Part shown: piece by piece, positions 12,770 through 27,360 of the stretch
Numbering within the stretch: position 1 is the first letter of the stretch
How the letters are laid out: the number at the start of each line of letters is the position of its first letter
Assembly (NCBI GenBank): GCA_964016885.1
Contig: OZ024744.1
Span: forward strand, 59,644,001 to 59,708,000
DNA: 64,000 bases
Source: Eledone cirrhosa
Lineage: Eukaryota
Reading direction: 5' to 3'
The notes under the pieces: model-generated
What the model saw: only the letters and a program-made list of their open reading frames with translations
Told to the model about the DNA's origin: nothing
Database searches by the model: none
Made by a program: the position numbers and the translations under genes

Positions 12770-13620
12770 GGCAATAAACCTGGCTTCGAGGGAGCCCGGA
12801 TCAATTTTGATCAATCAAAAGCTTACGATAGAGTTGACCAACAATAATTAGTAGCTGTTTTTCAGGAGTTGGATCGCATCAAAATAAATGGTATACCCTC
12901 TCTTTCTTTCCGTATTTACTGGCTTTGGAGAAACTGCCCGGAAAATAAAGTTACTGAAAAGCATTCCTTTCTGACTGGAACGCAAAGAACTCGTGTCGGT
13001 ATCTGATGGGCACTACCGAAATCAAGGCTGCTTCGCATCATTCTAAAGGGATGATAGAAGCAAGGATTAACTTGACAAAGTGGTGGCTTGCAGCTTGGAA
13101 CCTGGAGAAACATATCTATGCCATCGATCAGCATTGTAGAGCGCTGAATAGACGAACCGCTTAAATTGCTTGTGGTGAAGTTACTAGCACAGTGGCCAAC
13201 CTCACCCAGAAATGGGCTAAGAGGAATATATTGCTTAAAGGTCGGGCTTCAATCGTCAACTCCTAAACTGCTGCTATTATTTACTGCATTATCGTTGAGC
13301 CTTGAATTAGTTCTCGTCTGACCAGTTTAGGCCGTCTGCTCTTCTATTTGTTGAAGAGGGAATACGTTTTACTGGTCAGACAGTTCCTATACTGCTAACA
13401 CAGTCTGTCTGGGAAGAGGGTTATGTCGTAGTTATTTATGTGCAGGCATAAGATGAAACTGCAGCATCTACAGAGATTCCTATACGGTTAGTGAGTGTGC
13501 CCGTAGTCTGCTTCTCTGACGGAGCTGTAATTGTCACGCGCTCACAGTCAACAGTGGCATTTCCACATTAGCAAACTGTAGAGGATTTATAGCGAAGAAA
13601 TGTGACAATGTTCTCTTAAA
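12770..13620 (+). pseudogene. Highly decayed Tx1/L1-like RT fragment
   Basis: Patchy similarity to 24450-25550, e.g. gatcaatcaaaagcttacgatagagt, ggcttgcagcttggaacctggaga and tctgacggagctg. Confidence 0.5.
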
Positions 13621-13822
13621 ATCTTGTCTATGAATGCATAATACAATCCAATTAACTATCACCGTAAGCCCTCGAATTATACAAATTAGTTGATCCAGGC
13701 CTGTTTCTGCCACATTTCATGGGTATACAAAGTATTTCTCCGTGGATTTTCAGAGAAAAGGATAGTTTCTGAAGAGAATCCTAACAAGGACCGAATCTCA
13801 GGAAAATACGCGAATAAGATAT

Positions 13823-13930
<108 letters not shown>

Positions 13931-14041
13931 GAAAGGTCGAATAGAAAAACAACACGAAAAAACAAAGGCGAAATTCAGAAAACGAGAAAAGAGTAGAAAG
14001 GATAAAAAGCACGTGTTATTACTATATATGTATGTATATAC

Positions 14042-14073
<32 letters not shown>

Positions 14074-14074
14074 G

Positions 14075-14128
<54 letters not shown>

Positions 14129-14229
14129 TCAAGGCTAGTTACTACAACGCCGCCGTACTAGGTACTTACGGTTCGTTGGTCCTGAGGAACAACTTCTTCA
14201 AACTGTACCGATGAAAATGAACTGGATTT

Positions 14230-14374
<145 letters not shown>

Positions 14375-14702
14375 AATCAATGCGTGTCAGTATATGTCTT
14401 AAACCAATTATATGATGATAGTAATTCTTCTCCGCCAGCATTCAGTCATTTTCGCTAAAGGCTGAGCTAAGATCCAAAATGTGTGAAGATACGGCCCAGG
14501 CCTTCGTATTCGTGATATATTCTTTCCTCCATTCCTCCTAGCAGTCTCCGATGCCCTGCAAAGAGGGCCAAGGGCAATGCCCTTCTTTTCCTGACAAAAC
14601 AATAACATGGTAACAAACACACACACACACACGCACACACACACACACACGCACGCACACACACACACGCACGCACGCACGCACACACGCACGCACGCAC
14701 GC

Positions 14703-14791
<89 letters not shown>

Positions 14792-15290
14792 GTACACACA
14801 CACACGCACGCACGCACGCACACACACACACACACACACGCACACAAACACACACACACACACACAAGACGCCAAAGGCATACGTTCATTTGCAGTAGGT
14901 CTACATGCTGGCATTTCCATACTTTATTTCGGAATGTTATTCATTGGAACATATCCAGTATGAAATAGCTGGAGCGTGACGATGGAGATGTAAATATGTG
15001 TAAGAGGGAGATGATGAAACATATGTGTATGTGTGTGTGTGTGTGTGAGGAAGAGAAAGAAAAAAAAGAGAGAAAGAGAGATAGGGGGGGGGAGAGGGTA
15101 AGGATACACAGACGATAGGTAGACAGGCATAGGGACCTAGGTAGATAGATGAATGGGTTGACGGACAGACAGCTAGCCAGACCGACGAATAGACGGATAG
15201 ATAGGTGCACACACAAACACACAAGTATGTATATATAAATGTATACATGTTCATAAATATATATACATATTTGTATATGTATATATATAT

Positions 15291-16017
15291 TTAGCTGATT
15301 AAAGTGTTCCCATAAATATTTAGTGTATAGTCTTTGGTAAATTCTGCCGGTAATGCTACGTCTGTCATACAGCTAATGCCATCCCGCCATGGCATTAGCT
15401 TGTGCCAAGCTGAAAGGTTATTGAAAGACACTGTTTTCTGTTATATAAAAACTATAATAACAACAGAACAAATTCGCTTCTTAAAACACTGTGTTTCCTT
15501 CAAAATATACACGATAAACATATCAAAACAAGTAAATAATTTATTATTAAACGGGGTCGATAAAATAAAGTACCAGTAATGCACTGGGTAATTGCTGGCC
15601 TTGTGCCTAAAGTAGAAACAATTATTAAACAAAACATAAGCTGAACGCTTAAAAAACACATTAGTAGTCAATATGAAAAGAATTACAAACAGAAACGCGT
15701 TAACTTAAGGAAATTCAAAATCTCATCACACCAAACGAGATAAATGAACTCATGAGCATCATTCAACATGAAACAAAATATGCTCAAAACGAATGCAACA
15801 AACATTTCAATAAGAAATTAAGATGGATGAAGAAGAAAAAACAAGAAGAAAAGAGAAAAGAAAATTTACAAAAATACCCTGCCGTATGACAGACGTAGCA
15901 TTACCGGCAGAATTTACCAAAGACCATACATTAAATATTTATGGGAACACTTTAATCAGTGAACAGAAACAACAGGTTCTACAGCTCCCACTAAAATTTG
16001 CTATATACAATATATAA
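15291..16017 (+). pseudogene. Probable N-terminal fragment of a Penelope-like ORF with a short inverted duplication and a SINE insertion
   Basis: KDHTLNIYGNTLISEQKQQVLQLPLKFA resembles the PLE pre-RT motif (NLS..LT..E..VL.KGLKF). 15296-15370 is the inverse of 15884-15959. SINE 3' half at ~15550-15627. Confidence 0.4.
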
Positions 16018-16181
16018 GGGATAACAAAATATCGTTATAGGTAATCCAGTTAGAGGTTGTGAATACTCCGTATTGTGGATAGTTTTAGCGTACGGCGTTG
16101 TTTGACTCAACAAGAGGTTTCCTTAGGTAGCGAGTTTGTGAGTTCTCGGGAGTTCCTATGTAAGTTAATCTTGGAGTAATA

Positions 16182-16448
16182 ATAGTGAAAGAGTGAAGAA
16201 TAACATGGTGAATAGTACAAAGAGGGTTTTATTTACAGTATTAATAATTGTTTCATTGATTAAGTTGTCTAAATATTGCTAATCACTTGAAGTTGTGTCA
16301 CTCAATTTTAAATACATTTAAAATTGAGTGACACAACTTCAAGTGATTAGCAATATTTAGACAACTTAATCAACGAAACAATTATTAATACTGTAAATAA
16401 AACCCTGTTTGTACTGTTGACCATGTTATTCTTCACTCTTTCACTATA
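16182..16448. repeat. Near-perfect fold-back palindrome, arms about 130 bp
   Basis: ...gtgtcactcaattttaaat(ac)atttaaaattgagtgacac... Both arms end in atagtgaaagagtgaagaataacatgg or its reverse complement. Confidence 0.9.
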
Positions 16449-16627
16449 TATATATATATATTATATACTCTGGGAATGTATCTTACATTGCCCATTGAGT
16501 ACGCTGAGATACAACCGGTCCTGGTATTAATAAATATGGTGGGTCCGCCAAATCCTTATTATATATATATATGTGTGTGTGTGTGTGTATGTAGGTATAT
16601 GTATATGTATGTATATATGTGTATATA

Positions 16628-17411
16628 CACGAAGTGTATCAGAAAAGTTCCAGGACTGATGTCACAAAAGATTTATTTCAAACCCAAACTTCACGCTAAG
16701 AGTTTTCTCCTTCAAAGTAATCCCCCTGGAGTATGTAACTGTAATCTTAGCTCTCTGTACATGTCCTCTGTTTCAGGTCGTCAAGTAATGAGCACAGAGC
16801 AACGAACAAACTTGTATAGAGATGAGACGATGTCACGCTCACGTGTTTTTGAGTGGTGCAAGATGACCCCAGGAGCGGAAGGCCCTCAACAACCACGACT
16901 GAGGTCAACCTTGAGTACGCCAAGCAGATGGTGCGTAACAATCGTCGGCTGAATGTTCGACTGGTGGAAAATGAGCTGGGCATGAATCGGGACAGCGTCT
17001 GGAAGATTCTCATTGAAGATTTGGACATGCGCAAAGTAGGCGCGAAGATGGTGCCAAAACTGCTGAACGATGACCAGAAGGGTCGACGCATGCAAGTGTG
17101 CCAGGACATCCTCGAGCGTCTTGAAACCGAACCAGACTTGCTAGGGACAGTCATCACCGGTGATGAGTCATGGATCTTCGAGTACGACCCGGAGGGGACC
17201 CGTTTTGAAGACGTGGACGACATCAAAAAGGCCGTGACGACGGAACTGCGGAGGATCCCGGAAGAACCCTTCCAGGAGTGCATGCAAGCGTGGCAGAAAA
17301 GGATGGAAAAGTGCATTAGACTCCAGAAGGAGAAAACTTTTAGTGGGAAGTTTGGGTTTGAAATAAATCTTTTGTGACATCAGTCCTGGAACATTTCTGA
17401 CAAACCTCGTA
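16628..17411 (+). mobile_element. Internally deleted mariner (Tc1/mariner) element
   Basis: Inverted ends of about 60 bp (ttccaggactgatgtcacaaaagatttatttcaaacccaaact), TA on both sides, transposase motifs DDPRSGRP, KMVPKLL and VITGDESWIFEYDPE. Confidence 0.92.
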
Positions 17412-17428
17412 TATATATGCATATGTAT

Positions 17429-17547
<119 letters not shown>

Positions 17548-17688
17548 CAGACATATAGAGATAGGTAGGCAATCATATAGCTAACTCGTTAACTACATAG
17601 ATGGATATATAGATACATAGATAGATATATAAATACCAGTTTAAGAGAGAGAGAGAGAGAGGGGGGGGGGGGGTGAGAGAGAGAGAGA

Positions 17689-17734
<46 letters not shown>

Positions 17735-17750
17735 GAGAGAGAGAAAGAGA

Positions 17751-17808
<58 letters not shown>

Positions 17809-17992
17809 CCAAACAGACTGTTTACACAATGAAATATTATTTTAACAGAATTTTTTTGGCGCTTGCAAGAATTACAATCTTTTGTTTTTACTATTTTTTT
17901 CACCAATTTTCTTCTCTTTTATTTTTATGCCTCTTTGGTGTTTGCCAACATTCTCTTTATACATCTCTTTGTTTTTTGGGGTGTTGTGGTTG

Positions 17993-18075
<83 letters not shown>

Positions 18076-18210
18076 GTGTCTTCAAGAAAAGATGTCTTCG
18101 AAAACAGTAAAAGAATAAAAGATTCCTTACACTGCATGGATGAAAGCATAATTTCTTTGATAATGCTAAATAATCTGTAATAAACATTTGCTCCGTAGAC
18201 TCACACGTGC

Positions 18211-18249
<39 letters not shown>

Positions 18250-18257
18250 GCGCACGC

Positions 18258-18318
<61 letters not shown>

Positions 18319-18374
18319 CACACATACACACACATACAAATACACACATATATATATATATTTATATATATATA

Positions 18375-18688
18375 CAAATGGTGGAACCTCGGTTCACGAA
18401 CATTTTTTTCACACATAAAACGTCTGGGTTGAGGAATGGTGTCTCGAGAAACGAACACGTAAGTCGGCAACAACAGTTGTCGCCAAGCTGGGTGTATCGG
18501 CGGGAAAGCGTCACTTGCTGTGTAGTCAGTTACTATGGTGATATCTATCTCTATTTCACATGCAGTTTCACTCTCACTGTATTTTTCTCTCAACATTTCG
18601 TATGGGAAAAGTAGTTTCTGTTTTCGAACATTTCGGATGACGAATGGCCTTCAGGAACGAATTAAGTTTATGAACCGTGGCTCCCCTG
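18375..18688. mobile_element. Tigger/pogo-like MITE
   Basis: Ends gtggaacctcggttcacgaac and gtttatgaaccgtggctcccctg, flanked by TA. Confidence 0.6.
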
Positions 18689-19229
18689 TATATATATATA
18701 TATATATATTAGGTATTCACTCCAACATAGCAGTATACATACGTGTATATGAAGTTTGTATATTGAATAATATACGATATGTTTACGAATGAACATTTGA
18801 AAGCCTTTAGCTAAGAATTTTAAAGGTGATGACTGACGTCATCTACCTTGTACCAGTAGAAGCAAGGGGAAGCAACCAGAAGTGCTGTTTCTAACTGATT
18901 GATCGTTGTCAAAGTCACATATCCTTTTCCTTGCCTCCTACTGGCACTCAAATCAGCCAAAAACATAACCCCCCTCCCCTATATGAGCTGATTAGCCTCA
19001 TTTGCATATGGAGCTTAGAATAGCCTGGCCTGAATAAGAAATATAATTCAGATGTTCTCTCCAGCATAGCTGTATACATACATGCATATGAAGGCCAATG
19101 CTTTACATACAATGTCTGTGGTCACAAGTATGAAAATATATGCTTAACAGGTGCAATGTGATCGAACACGGAGGAGCCGAACTCCCACCGTCATCATCCC
19201 ATCTCTCTCGCCCTCCCCATCTCTATGTA

Positions 19230-19300
19230 TAGTGAGCAAATGGGGTCCCACGTCCCCGGCGGACAGAATGGAGAAGGCGTTTCCCCGGTGGATTATCGAA
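19230..19300 (-). pseudogene. Possible C-terminal scrap of a CRE-like retrotransposon
   Basis: Peptide SIIHRGNAFSILSAG resembles the SIAIQRGNA.SIL terminal motif of CRE-type elements. Confidence 0.35.
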
Positions 19301-19509
19301 TAATATACGATATGTTTACCAATAAACAATTCTAGTAAGAGGCAAGGAAGGAAATACGTGACCTTGACAACGACCAAGCAGTCAGGAACACTACTGTTAG
19401 CTGCTTCCCCTTACTTTTGTTGGAACAAGGTAGATGGCGTCAGTCATTACCTTTAAAATTCAGATGTTTATTCGTAAACATATCGTATATTATTCGATAT
19501 ACAGCTTGC

Positions 19510-21325
19510 AAATAAAGAAATATCTGAAAAACATAGAATCAGAAGAGAATGTGGCCACACATCAGCACAATATAGAATAGCAAAGGCTGAATTAAAAAAA
19601 AACTCGTTAAATCAGACAAACTCAAGCAAATGTACAACATCGAGGAACTGAATAACCTACCAACCAAGAGGTTATATCATGCTGTTCTGAAGAAACTAAA
19701 GATTAAACCAAGAAATCTTAGCCGGGGCCTTAAATATTCAATCGATACTAACTTCACTTCCAAAGATGATATCCTCGAATACTGGGCTAAATTCTATGAA
19801 GAACTGTACTTCAGCAACTCAGAACCAACAACCGTTCATGATTCGACATCAGATGCCATTCCATCTATCTTGGCTAGTGAAATATCTCATGCCAACAAAA
19901 ATTTGAAGCAAGGAAAAAGGCCTGGATTGGACAACATATACTCAGAATTCATCAAAGCTGGAGGTGAACCAATTATCAAAGCACTTCAACATCTCTTTAA
20001 CTGTATTATCACTACAGGAAAAAGCTCAGACGTGTTCAAGAAAGCATTGATAGTTGTACTCTACAAAAAAGGTAGCAGGCTTGATTGTCGTAACTATCGT
20101 CCTATCAACTTACTGAATCACGTTTACACGCTTTTCATGAATATCATTGCAACACGAGTGAAGTCAGACCTTTACGCCTCATTTCCTGAAACACAAGCCG
20201 CGTATCAACCTGGAAGAGGCACCATTGAGCAGATCCTAGCTATTGAACAAATCATTGAGAAATCAATAGGATTCAACAACCCTGTGCACATCACCTTCAT
20301 TGACTTCACAAAAGCTTTTGACAACGTGAGACCAGACCTCAATTAACAAAAAATACATCAACCTATTGAAAGAAACTTATACCAACTCAACAGCGTATAT
20401 CAAAACAGACTTGGGAACTACACAGTGTATAGACATCTTGAAGGGAATTAAGCAGGGGGATGTACTATCAGCACTTCTTTTCTGTATAGTTATAGCTGCA
20501 CTTATCTACCAAACTGAAGAAGAATGCTCCTCTGGTTATCAAATAGGAGGGAAAATCCTATCAAATCTTAGCTATGCAGACGATCTGGCCATCATGAGTT
20601 ACTCTAGAACTGATCTGCAAGACTTTCTGAATGTACTGGCCAAACATTCGCTGGAGGCTGGCTTACACATCAACATCTCCAAAACAAAGTGTATGACAAC
20701 TGATAAAAACAATGCCAATCTCCAACAGACAACCATCAATTTGCTCAAGTTACGGAGTTTGTATATCTCAGTCACAAGCTATCATCAAACAACAATGGAA
20801 TGGTTGCTGCACAATATCGAATCGCTCTAGGTTGAGCAGCTTTCAACAAGAGAAATGAGTTTCCTATCATTTGAAAGCTAAGATCTTTGATACTTACATG
20901 CTACCAGTTGTATTATATGGTCTTGACTGTGTTAATTGGACGACAAAGTCACCTCAGAAGCTCTCTACATTCCAGAATCACATCATGAGACTTATGACTG
21001 ACAAGCGGCCCAGCGACTGTATCAGTGAGCTGCTCAAACTTAGACCAATTACATCAATTGTCAAGTCCAGAGTACTCAAACTATACGGCCATATAAAAGA
21101 TCAACTCGTGGTTGAATAGGTTATGTCTGGAAGGAAGGTTGGATGGTAAGAGAAGCAGAGGTCGGCAGCCAAAAACGATGGCTTGACAATGTCAACTTAT
21201 GGACTGGACTTGATCTTTGCTCTTTGAACTCTGCTGCTAGTGATCGAACTTTGTGGAGAAGAATATCTCACGTTGATGCGCAGTCTACATCTGGCGGAAT
21301 TTAGCGTCACAAGAGAGACATTAGT
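19510..21325 (+). mobile_element. Decayed RTE-clade LINE, separate family
   Basis: KRPGLDNI, CRNYRPINLL, FIDFTKAFD, GIKQGDVLS, LSYADD, VVLYGLD, with frameshifts. Confidence 0.88.
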
Positions 21326-21789
21326 GTGCATACAAATGTATGCACACACGCGCACGTGGACACACAGACATACACACTCACACGCACACACACAGTCACA
21401 CACTCACACACATATATATTATATTATATTATATTGTATTATATTATATTATATTATATTACATTTTATAATATTACATTAGTGAGATACTCATATTGCT
21501 CTTCAGAGTTTCGTGGATTCCCGTGTGATCAGAGAGAATCCACGAAACTTAAAGTAGCAACAGGAGTATAATAAATATATAATATTCTTTTTCTTCGTGT
21601 CTGTAAACAAAAACATTCGGATCTATCTACCTGTCTATCTGTGGGTTCGTGTTGGTGATTGTTTTTTTTTGGCTTTGCCGTGTTTCTTTTTTTTTTTTCC
21701 GAGGCTCTCCTTCATCATCACTTGGGGATGGAGAAGTAGCCTCGTATGATGATGAATCGTCATCAGGGCGTGTAGGAGGGGTATGTTGT

Positions 21790-22065
21790 GTGGTGATGGT
21801 GTGTCAACCATATAACCTCTTTCACCATAAAACCTCTTTCACCATAGCCACTGCACAGAGGAAAACCGCCTCTCTTTCGTTTTTGAAAGAGGCTGGCGGT
21901 TTGATCCTTACTATGGGCTCGGCAGTCAACTGGATTTGTCCCATACACGACAGCAATTGTTCTGCATAGTTCCACAGGTCGCTTACGCCCGGGCAGTGTA
22001 CAATTGCGTGCAAGACGGTTTCAATGTCCTGCTCCCATCTTGGACACGTCCTCTTGGAAGGCCGC
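21790..22065 (-). pseudogene. Inverted Tx1-like ORF2 C-terminal fragment
   Basis: HAIVHCPGVSDLW...AVFLCAVAMVKEVLW, homologous to 25720-25950. Confidence 0.8.
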
Positions 22066-22299
22066 GATTGTGATTGCCCGGTCTGATTGCCCGGCCCCCT
22101 TTTTCCTCGAAGGTAATATATTTTTTCCCTTCATTGATCATTTCCTTCGCATTGGAAATATCGATATTTGTAGAACTTCCTTTGCTTATTGTGGCAAAAG
22201 ATTTGTTATGGTTGTTGTTGTCATTGTTGTCATTCTTGTCGTTGTTGTTGTTGTTTTTGTTGTTCTCAATTGCTTGATTTGTGGTTGTGGGGTTCATCT

Positions 22300-25200
22300 G
22301 TGAAGCTGTGTTTCACAACCCCAAACACCATAAAAAAGAAAACTACAAAATGAACAACAAACCAAAACAACACAAAAAAAAAAAAATACACATACATTAA
22401 CACAAACAACAAACATTTGATGGAGGTGACCTCACAGGACCCCAAAGTGGAAACTGAGGGGAAAACGTTTGTCAAAGCAGACTCTCAACCACACCTAAAA
22501 CTAATAAGGGTTTCGAAGAACAGTTTTCACATGACGTTGGTAACCCCTGCCAAAAACCAATAAACCGTGTCCTGTTGAAATGTTTCCTCACCCCACTCAA
22601 CAGCCCCACCAGCTCTCAAATGGATATTAAACAACCCGATCTCCAGGAAACGAAAAGGTAAGTGCATCTCTTCATCCTTTTTCGCCAACTCTTCTCCACC
22701 AACATGGCTAATTTACGAGCTGGAAGTGTGAATGTGCGTGGCCTAGGGATGCCCTGGAAACAGGGCCAACTTTTAAACGACCTTAGGTCACACGGTATGG
22801 ATGTGATAGCCATCACCGAGTCCAGGATCCACAACAGGCAGCAACTAACCCCAATCTTCAATGACTTTGAGATCTACGCATCTCTCTTGCAGCCAGGAGG
22901 TGGAGGGGGAGTGGCTGTCATGTTTCGGAAAAACCTGGACGTCGAAATACAGCAAGTACACTTGGACCCGGAGGGTAGACTGGTAGTCCTAGACGTGAAC
23001 AGTGTTGGAGGTGGAGCCTTCAGACTGGTGGCCATTTATGCCCCGACTGGACAATCGTGGCAAGACTTCTTTAAGCGTCTAGACTCTTTTCTGGGAACGT
23101 CTCGCTCCTTGCTTTTAGTGGGGGACTGGAATGGTATCCTAGATGCATGATGGCACTATGTAGGAGCATGTCCCAGTAGAGGGGGGTGCAGGAGACTCAC
23201 AAATTTAATCGGCCAATTCCAACTGGCCGATAGGTATCGACTAGATTTCCCGACTGCACCATAGTGGACGCGGACAAACCCCAGCGGGACATCTAGATCG
23301 TATTTAGATAGGTTCTTTATTAGACAGTTAGAGACAAGAAGATGTTAAGCTGTCCACAAATGTACACGGTTTCCTATTCAGACCACAAACTAGTCATCTG
23401 CATAGTCAACCGTGATAGAATACATAGACAAGGATCCGGATACTGGAAGCTGACACATGTCTTTACAGACACGAAAAGCCTACAGTGAACGGATAAGTAG
23501 ATTAGTTAAGCAACAGTTGTCGGGAGTCATCGTCAACAATAGATAGTGGTACTCTCTCAAGAGAACAATTAGAGTACATTCGATAGCTTTTAGCAAAGAA
23601 CTACCCTTAGAGAAAAACAAAACAGAAACAGAACTAATAACCAAGGTAGAGAAGGCGCTTAGGAGTGGCAACGCAGCTAGAGTGCTAGCAACGAGAACGG
23701 CACTGGACCAGTTCCTCGACGCGAAACACGAAGGCTGCGTGGTCAGAAGTAAATCACGTGCTCTAGGAAACGAGGGAGCAAAAGCTGTAAGCTGGGCTCG
23801 AGCGGCAGAGGCGAAAAGTGGCAACAAGTCCACGATTCGGTCTTTGAAAGACCAAAACGAACGCGTGCTACTTGACTCCAAGCGGATGTTCACAGCCTTT
23901 CAGCGGCACTTTGCGCAACTGTTCGAGCAGAGCGACAGTGCGCCGAACGGGGCAATGGACTTCGGTTCATACCTCGACGGCCTGCCGCGTCTCTCGAGTA
24001 TGGACGCCGAGTTCTGCGAAAGTCCGATCACAGCCACTGAGATACAGGACGCTCTGGGCCGCTGCGGGAAACGCAAGTCACCCGGTCTAGATGGTCTACC
24101 TTATGAGTTTTACATAGGCATGCCGGACTTGTTCTCTGGCGTTCTCGAAGCCATCTACTGCAACTGGCAGCAGAACGGAAGAATTCCCAGTTCTGCAGGT
24201 AGGGACATAGTAACGCTGATCAGGAAAGACGAGAACAAGGGGGACGAACTAAGCAACTTTAGGCCCATAACTCAGCTCAACACAGAGTTAAAGACTTTTG
24301 GCCAAGGTGTTAGCAACTAGGCTGGCGCTTGTCGTCGAGAACCTGGTAGGGAAAGCGCAAACGTGTACAATCCAGACCAGGTCCACACACGACAACCTCC
24401 ACCTCATACGATACATCATAGAGAGGGAGAAGTGTAAACCCGGCTTCGGTGGGGCTCTGATCAATTTAGACTAATCTAAGGCGTTCGATAGGGTCGGCCA
24501 TCGATACTTGGAAGTGGTTCTCAAGGCGACCGGCTTCGGACCCTTCTTCAGAGGCTCGATCAAAGCAATTCACACCAACATCTGCTAGATGGTCAAGGTG
24601 AACGGCTACCTATCTGAGCCCTTCGCAATCACGCGTTCCATCCGACAGGGATGCCCTCTCTCCTCCATTCTGTACGTACTGACTCTAGAGCCACTACTGC
24701 GGAAGTTGGAGCTTCTGCAGGGAATCCCGCTGGAACCGGGACTGCGGAAAGCGGCGTCGGCTTATGCCGACGACGTAACAGTAATGGTGTCGGAAACCTC
24801 GGAAATCGGAGCAATCGGCAACTTACTGCAGGAATACGAAATGCTCACAGGAGCAAAACTGAACCCGGACAAGTCTGTCGGTTTGCAACTCGGAACGTGG
24901 AGAGGCAAACAGATGCCGTCTAACAGCATCGTCGGACGGTTGACGGAAGGACCGGTGAGATTTCTCGGGGTCTGGTTCGGTCCGGACCTCCAGGTGGAGA
25001 AAAACTGGAACGTGGTCACGACCAAGGTATTTGCGCTCACCCTGAAGTGGGCAGAGTGCAAACTATCCTTGAAAGGTCGAGGGGAGGTGGCGAACATTTT
25101 CATAGCGTCCATCATCTACTACCGCTTGACCGTCGCGCCTTGTTCTCGTGAACACCTCACCAAGATGGAACGCATGCTCTTCCAGTTCCTTTGGAAGAAG

Positions 25201-26390
25201 CAGGTTCCACTGGTGAGGAGATCCGTCTGCTGTCAGCACCCTTCCAACGGAGGGCTGGGAATGCCGTGGCTGATGATGCGCAAACACGCGCTGAGACTAC
25301 GGCATCTCCAGGTATTCATCACCGAACAACAGGTGTAGGCCCCATTTGTGAGACAGGCCTTTCCGCAACTTATCTCACTGACGGAGCTGCAGTCCTGGGT
25401 CAAGCAGAGACCGAAGAAAATGGGCGCATGGCACATTGAATGCGCTCAGGCGCTCACAGTCCTCTTTCAAGCGGGCACAGCAATCAGTGGAGACTCCACT
25501 TCGACATTCTATAGAGGGTTACTACATTTCAAGTGCGACGACGTGCTCGGAGAGACTTTGGGCGTCGAAGACGACGAGCTCACCAGTCTGTTTGGGAGGA
25601 CTTTCTGCCCGGGACCCATGGACAACTTCCAGAGGTCTTGGCCTGGAAGTGCTACCGAGGAGCTCTACCAGTTCGAGACAAGATCTACAGGCACTGACGC
25701 CTCGGCAGGGATCCTTCCAAGAGGATGTGTCCAAGATGCGAGCAGGACATTGAAACCGTCTTGCACGCAATTGTACACTGCCCGGGCGTAACCGACCCGT
25801 GGAACTAAGCAGAACAACTGCTGTCACGTATGGGACAAATCGAGTTGACTGCCGAGTCCCTAGTAAGGATCAAACCGCCAGCCTCTTTCAAAATCGAAAG
25901 AAAGGCGGTTTTCCTCTGTGTAGTGGCTATGGTGAAAGAAGTTATATGGTGGACGAGATTGAGAGGACTGTGGACAGATGCCTTTCTCTCCGGACAACAA
26001 CTCATTCCCTTCTTTAGGTGCCACTTTAGAAGGAGAATCAGAGTGGAGAGAGAGGCACTGCACCCCAGTAAATTTACTGAAAGGTGGGTGAATGTAGCAA
26101 AAATGGCCTGAGTGATTGGGCCTTCTCTGTATATAAACCTGTAGGTTGAAGATGAGAGCAATAGGAGGAAAGGAACACTTACACAACACGCTCCTGGAGT
26201 TGAGGGTTGTTCTATCTACTGGGTATTAAACAACCCATTTGTAACGCCTCGCCCCTATTGGGGATTTCGATTGTTGAATTTGTTTGTTTAAATTTTTTTT
26301 ACCAGATTGAATGTAAAATCCCCAGCATATGTCCTTATATTGTCACCTTTTCTTGTGCACCGTTGTGGCAAATAAAAAAATCTATCTATA
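22300..26390 (+). mobile_element. Tx1/L1-like LINE: probable ORF1 tail, disrupted ORF2 (22704-26144; APE endonuclease, RT, Cys-rich end) and 3' UTR
   Basis: GSVNVRGL, IAITES, IYAP, VGDWN, KSPGLDGLPYEFY, SIRQGCPLS, AYADD, GGLGMP. Ends gtggcaaataaaaaaatctatctat. Confidence 0.92.
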
Positions 26391-26393
26391 TAT

Positions 26394-27351
26394 CGATGAC
26401 TTTGAGATCTACGCTTCTCTGTCAGCCAGGAGGTGGAGGGGAGTGGCTGTTTTGTTTCGGAAAAACCTGGACCTCGAAATACAGGAAATATACTTGAACC
26501 CGGAGAGTAGACTGGTGGTCCTAGACGTGAACAGTGGTGAAGATGGAGCCTTCAGACTGGTGGCCGTTTATGCCCCGACTGGGACATCGCGACCAGACTT
26601 CTTTAAGCATCTAGAGTCCTTTCTGGGAACGTCTCGCTCCTTGCTTTTAGTGGGGGACTGGAATGGTATCCTGGATGCACGTTGGAACTATGTAGGAACA
26701 TGTCTCAATAGAGGAGGGTGCAACAGCCTCAAACATTTAATCAGCCAATTCCAACTGGCCGATAGGTATCGACTAGATTTCCCAAATGTACCACAGTGGA
26801 CGTGGACGAATCGCAGTGGGATATTCTAGATCGTATTTAGACAGATTCATAATCAGCGAGAAGTTGTCCACAAATGTACATGGTTGCCTATTCGGACCAC
26901 AAATCAGTCACCTGCATAGTCAACCATGATAGAACGCATAGACAGGGACCCGGATACTGGAGGCTGAACATGTCGTACCGACGCGTAAAGCCTACAGTAG
27001 ACATATAAGTAGTTTAGTTAAGCACCAGTTGACGGGGGCCATCGTCAACAATAGGTGGTAGTGCTCTCTCAAGAATGCAATTAGATTAGAATTCATAGCT
27101 TTTAGCAAAGAACTAGCTTTAGAAAAAGATAAAATAGAAAAATGAACTAGTAGCTAAAGTAGAAGAGGCGCTTAGGAGTGGCAACGCAGCTAGCGTGCTA
27201 GCAACGAGAACGGCACTGGACCATCTCTTGGATGCGAAACACGAAAGCTGCGTTGTCATGAGTAGATCACGTGCTCTAGGAAACGAAGGAGCCAAAGCTG
27301 TTAGCTGGGTCCGAGTGGCAGAGACAAAAAGTGGCAACAAGTCCACGATTC
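26394..27351 (+). mobile_element. Second head-to-tail Tx1-like fragment (endonuclease-linker region)
   Basis: Colinear with 22862-23838, ending near a (TATTA)n tract. Confidence 0.88.
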
Positions 27352-27360
27352 GTGTGTGTG

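Noticed and set aside
19240-19295. HDV-like ribozyme suggested by acgtccccggcgg
   Set aside because: P1 and P2 partners could not be found. The opposite strand is better explained as a CRE-like coding remnant.
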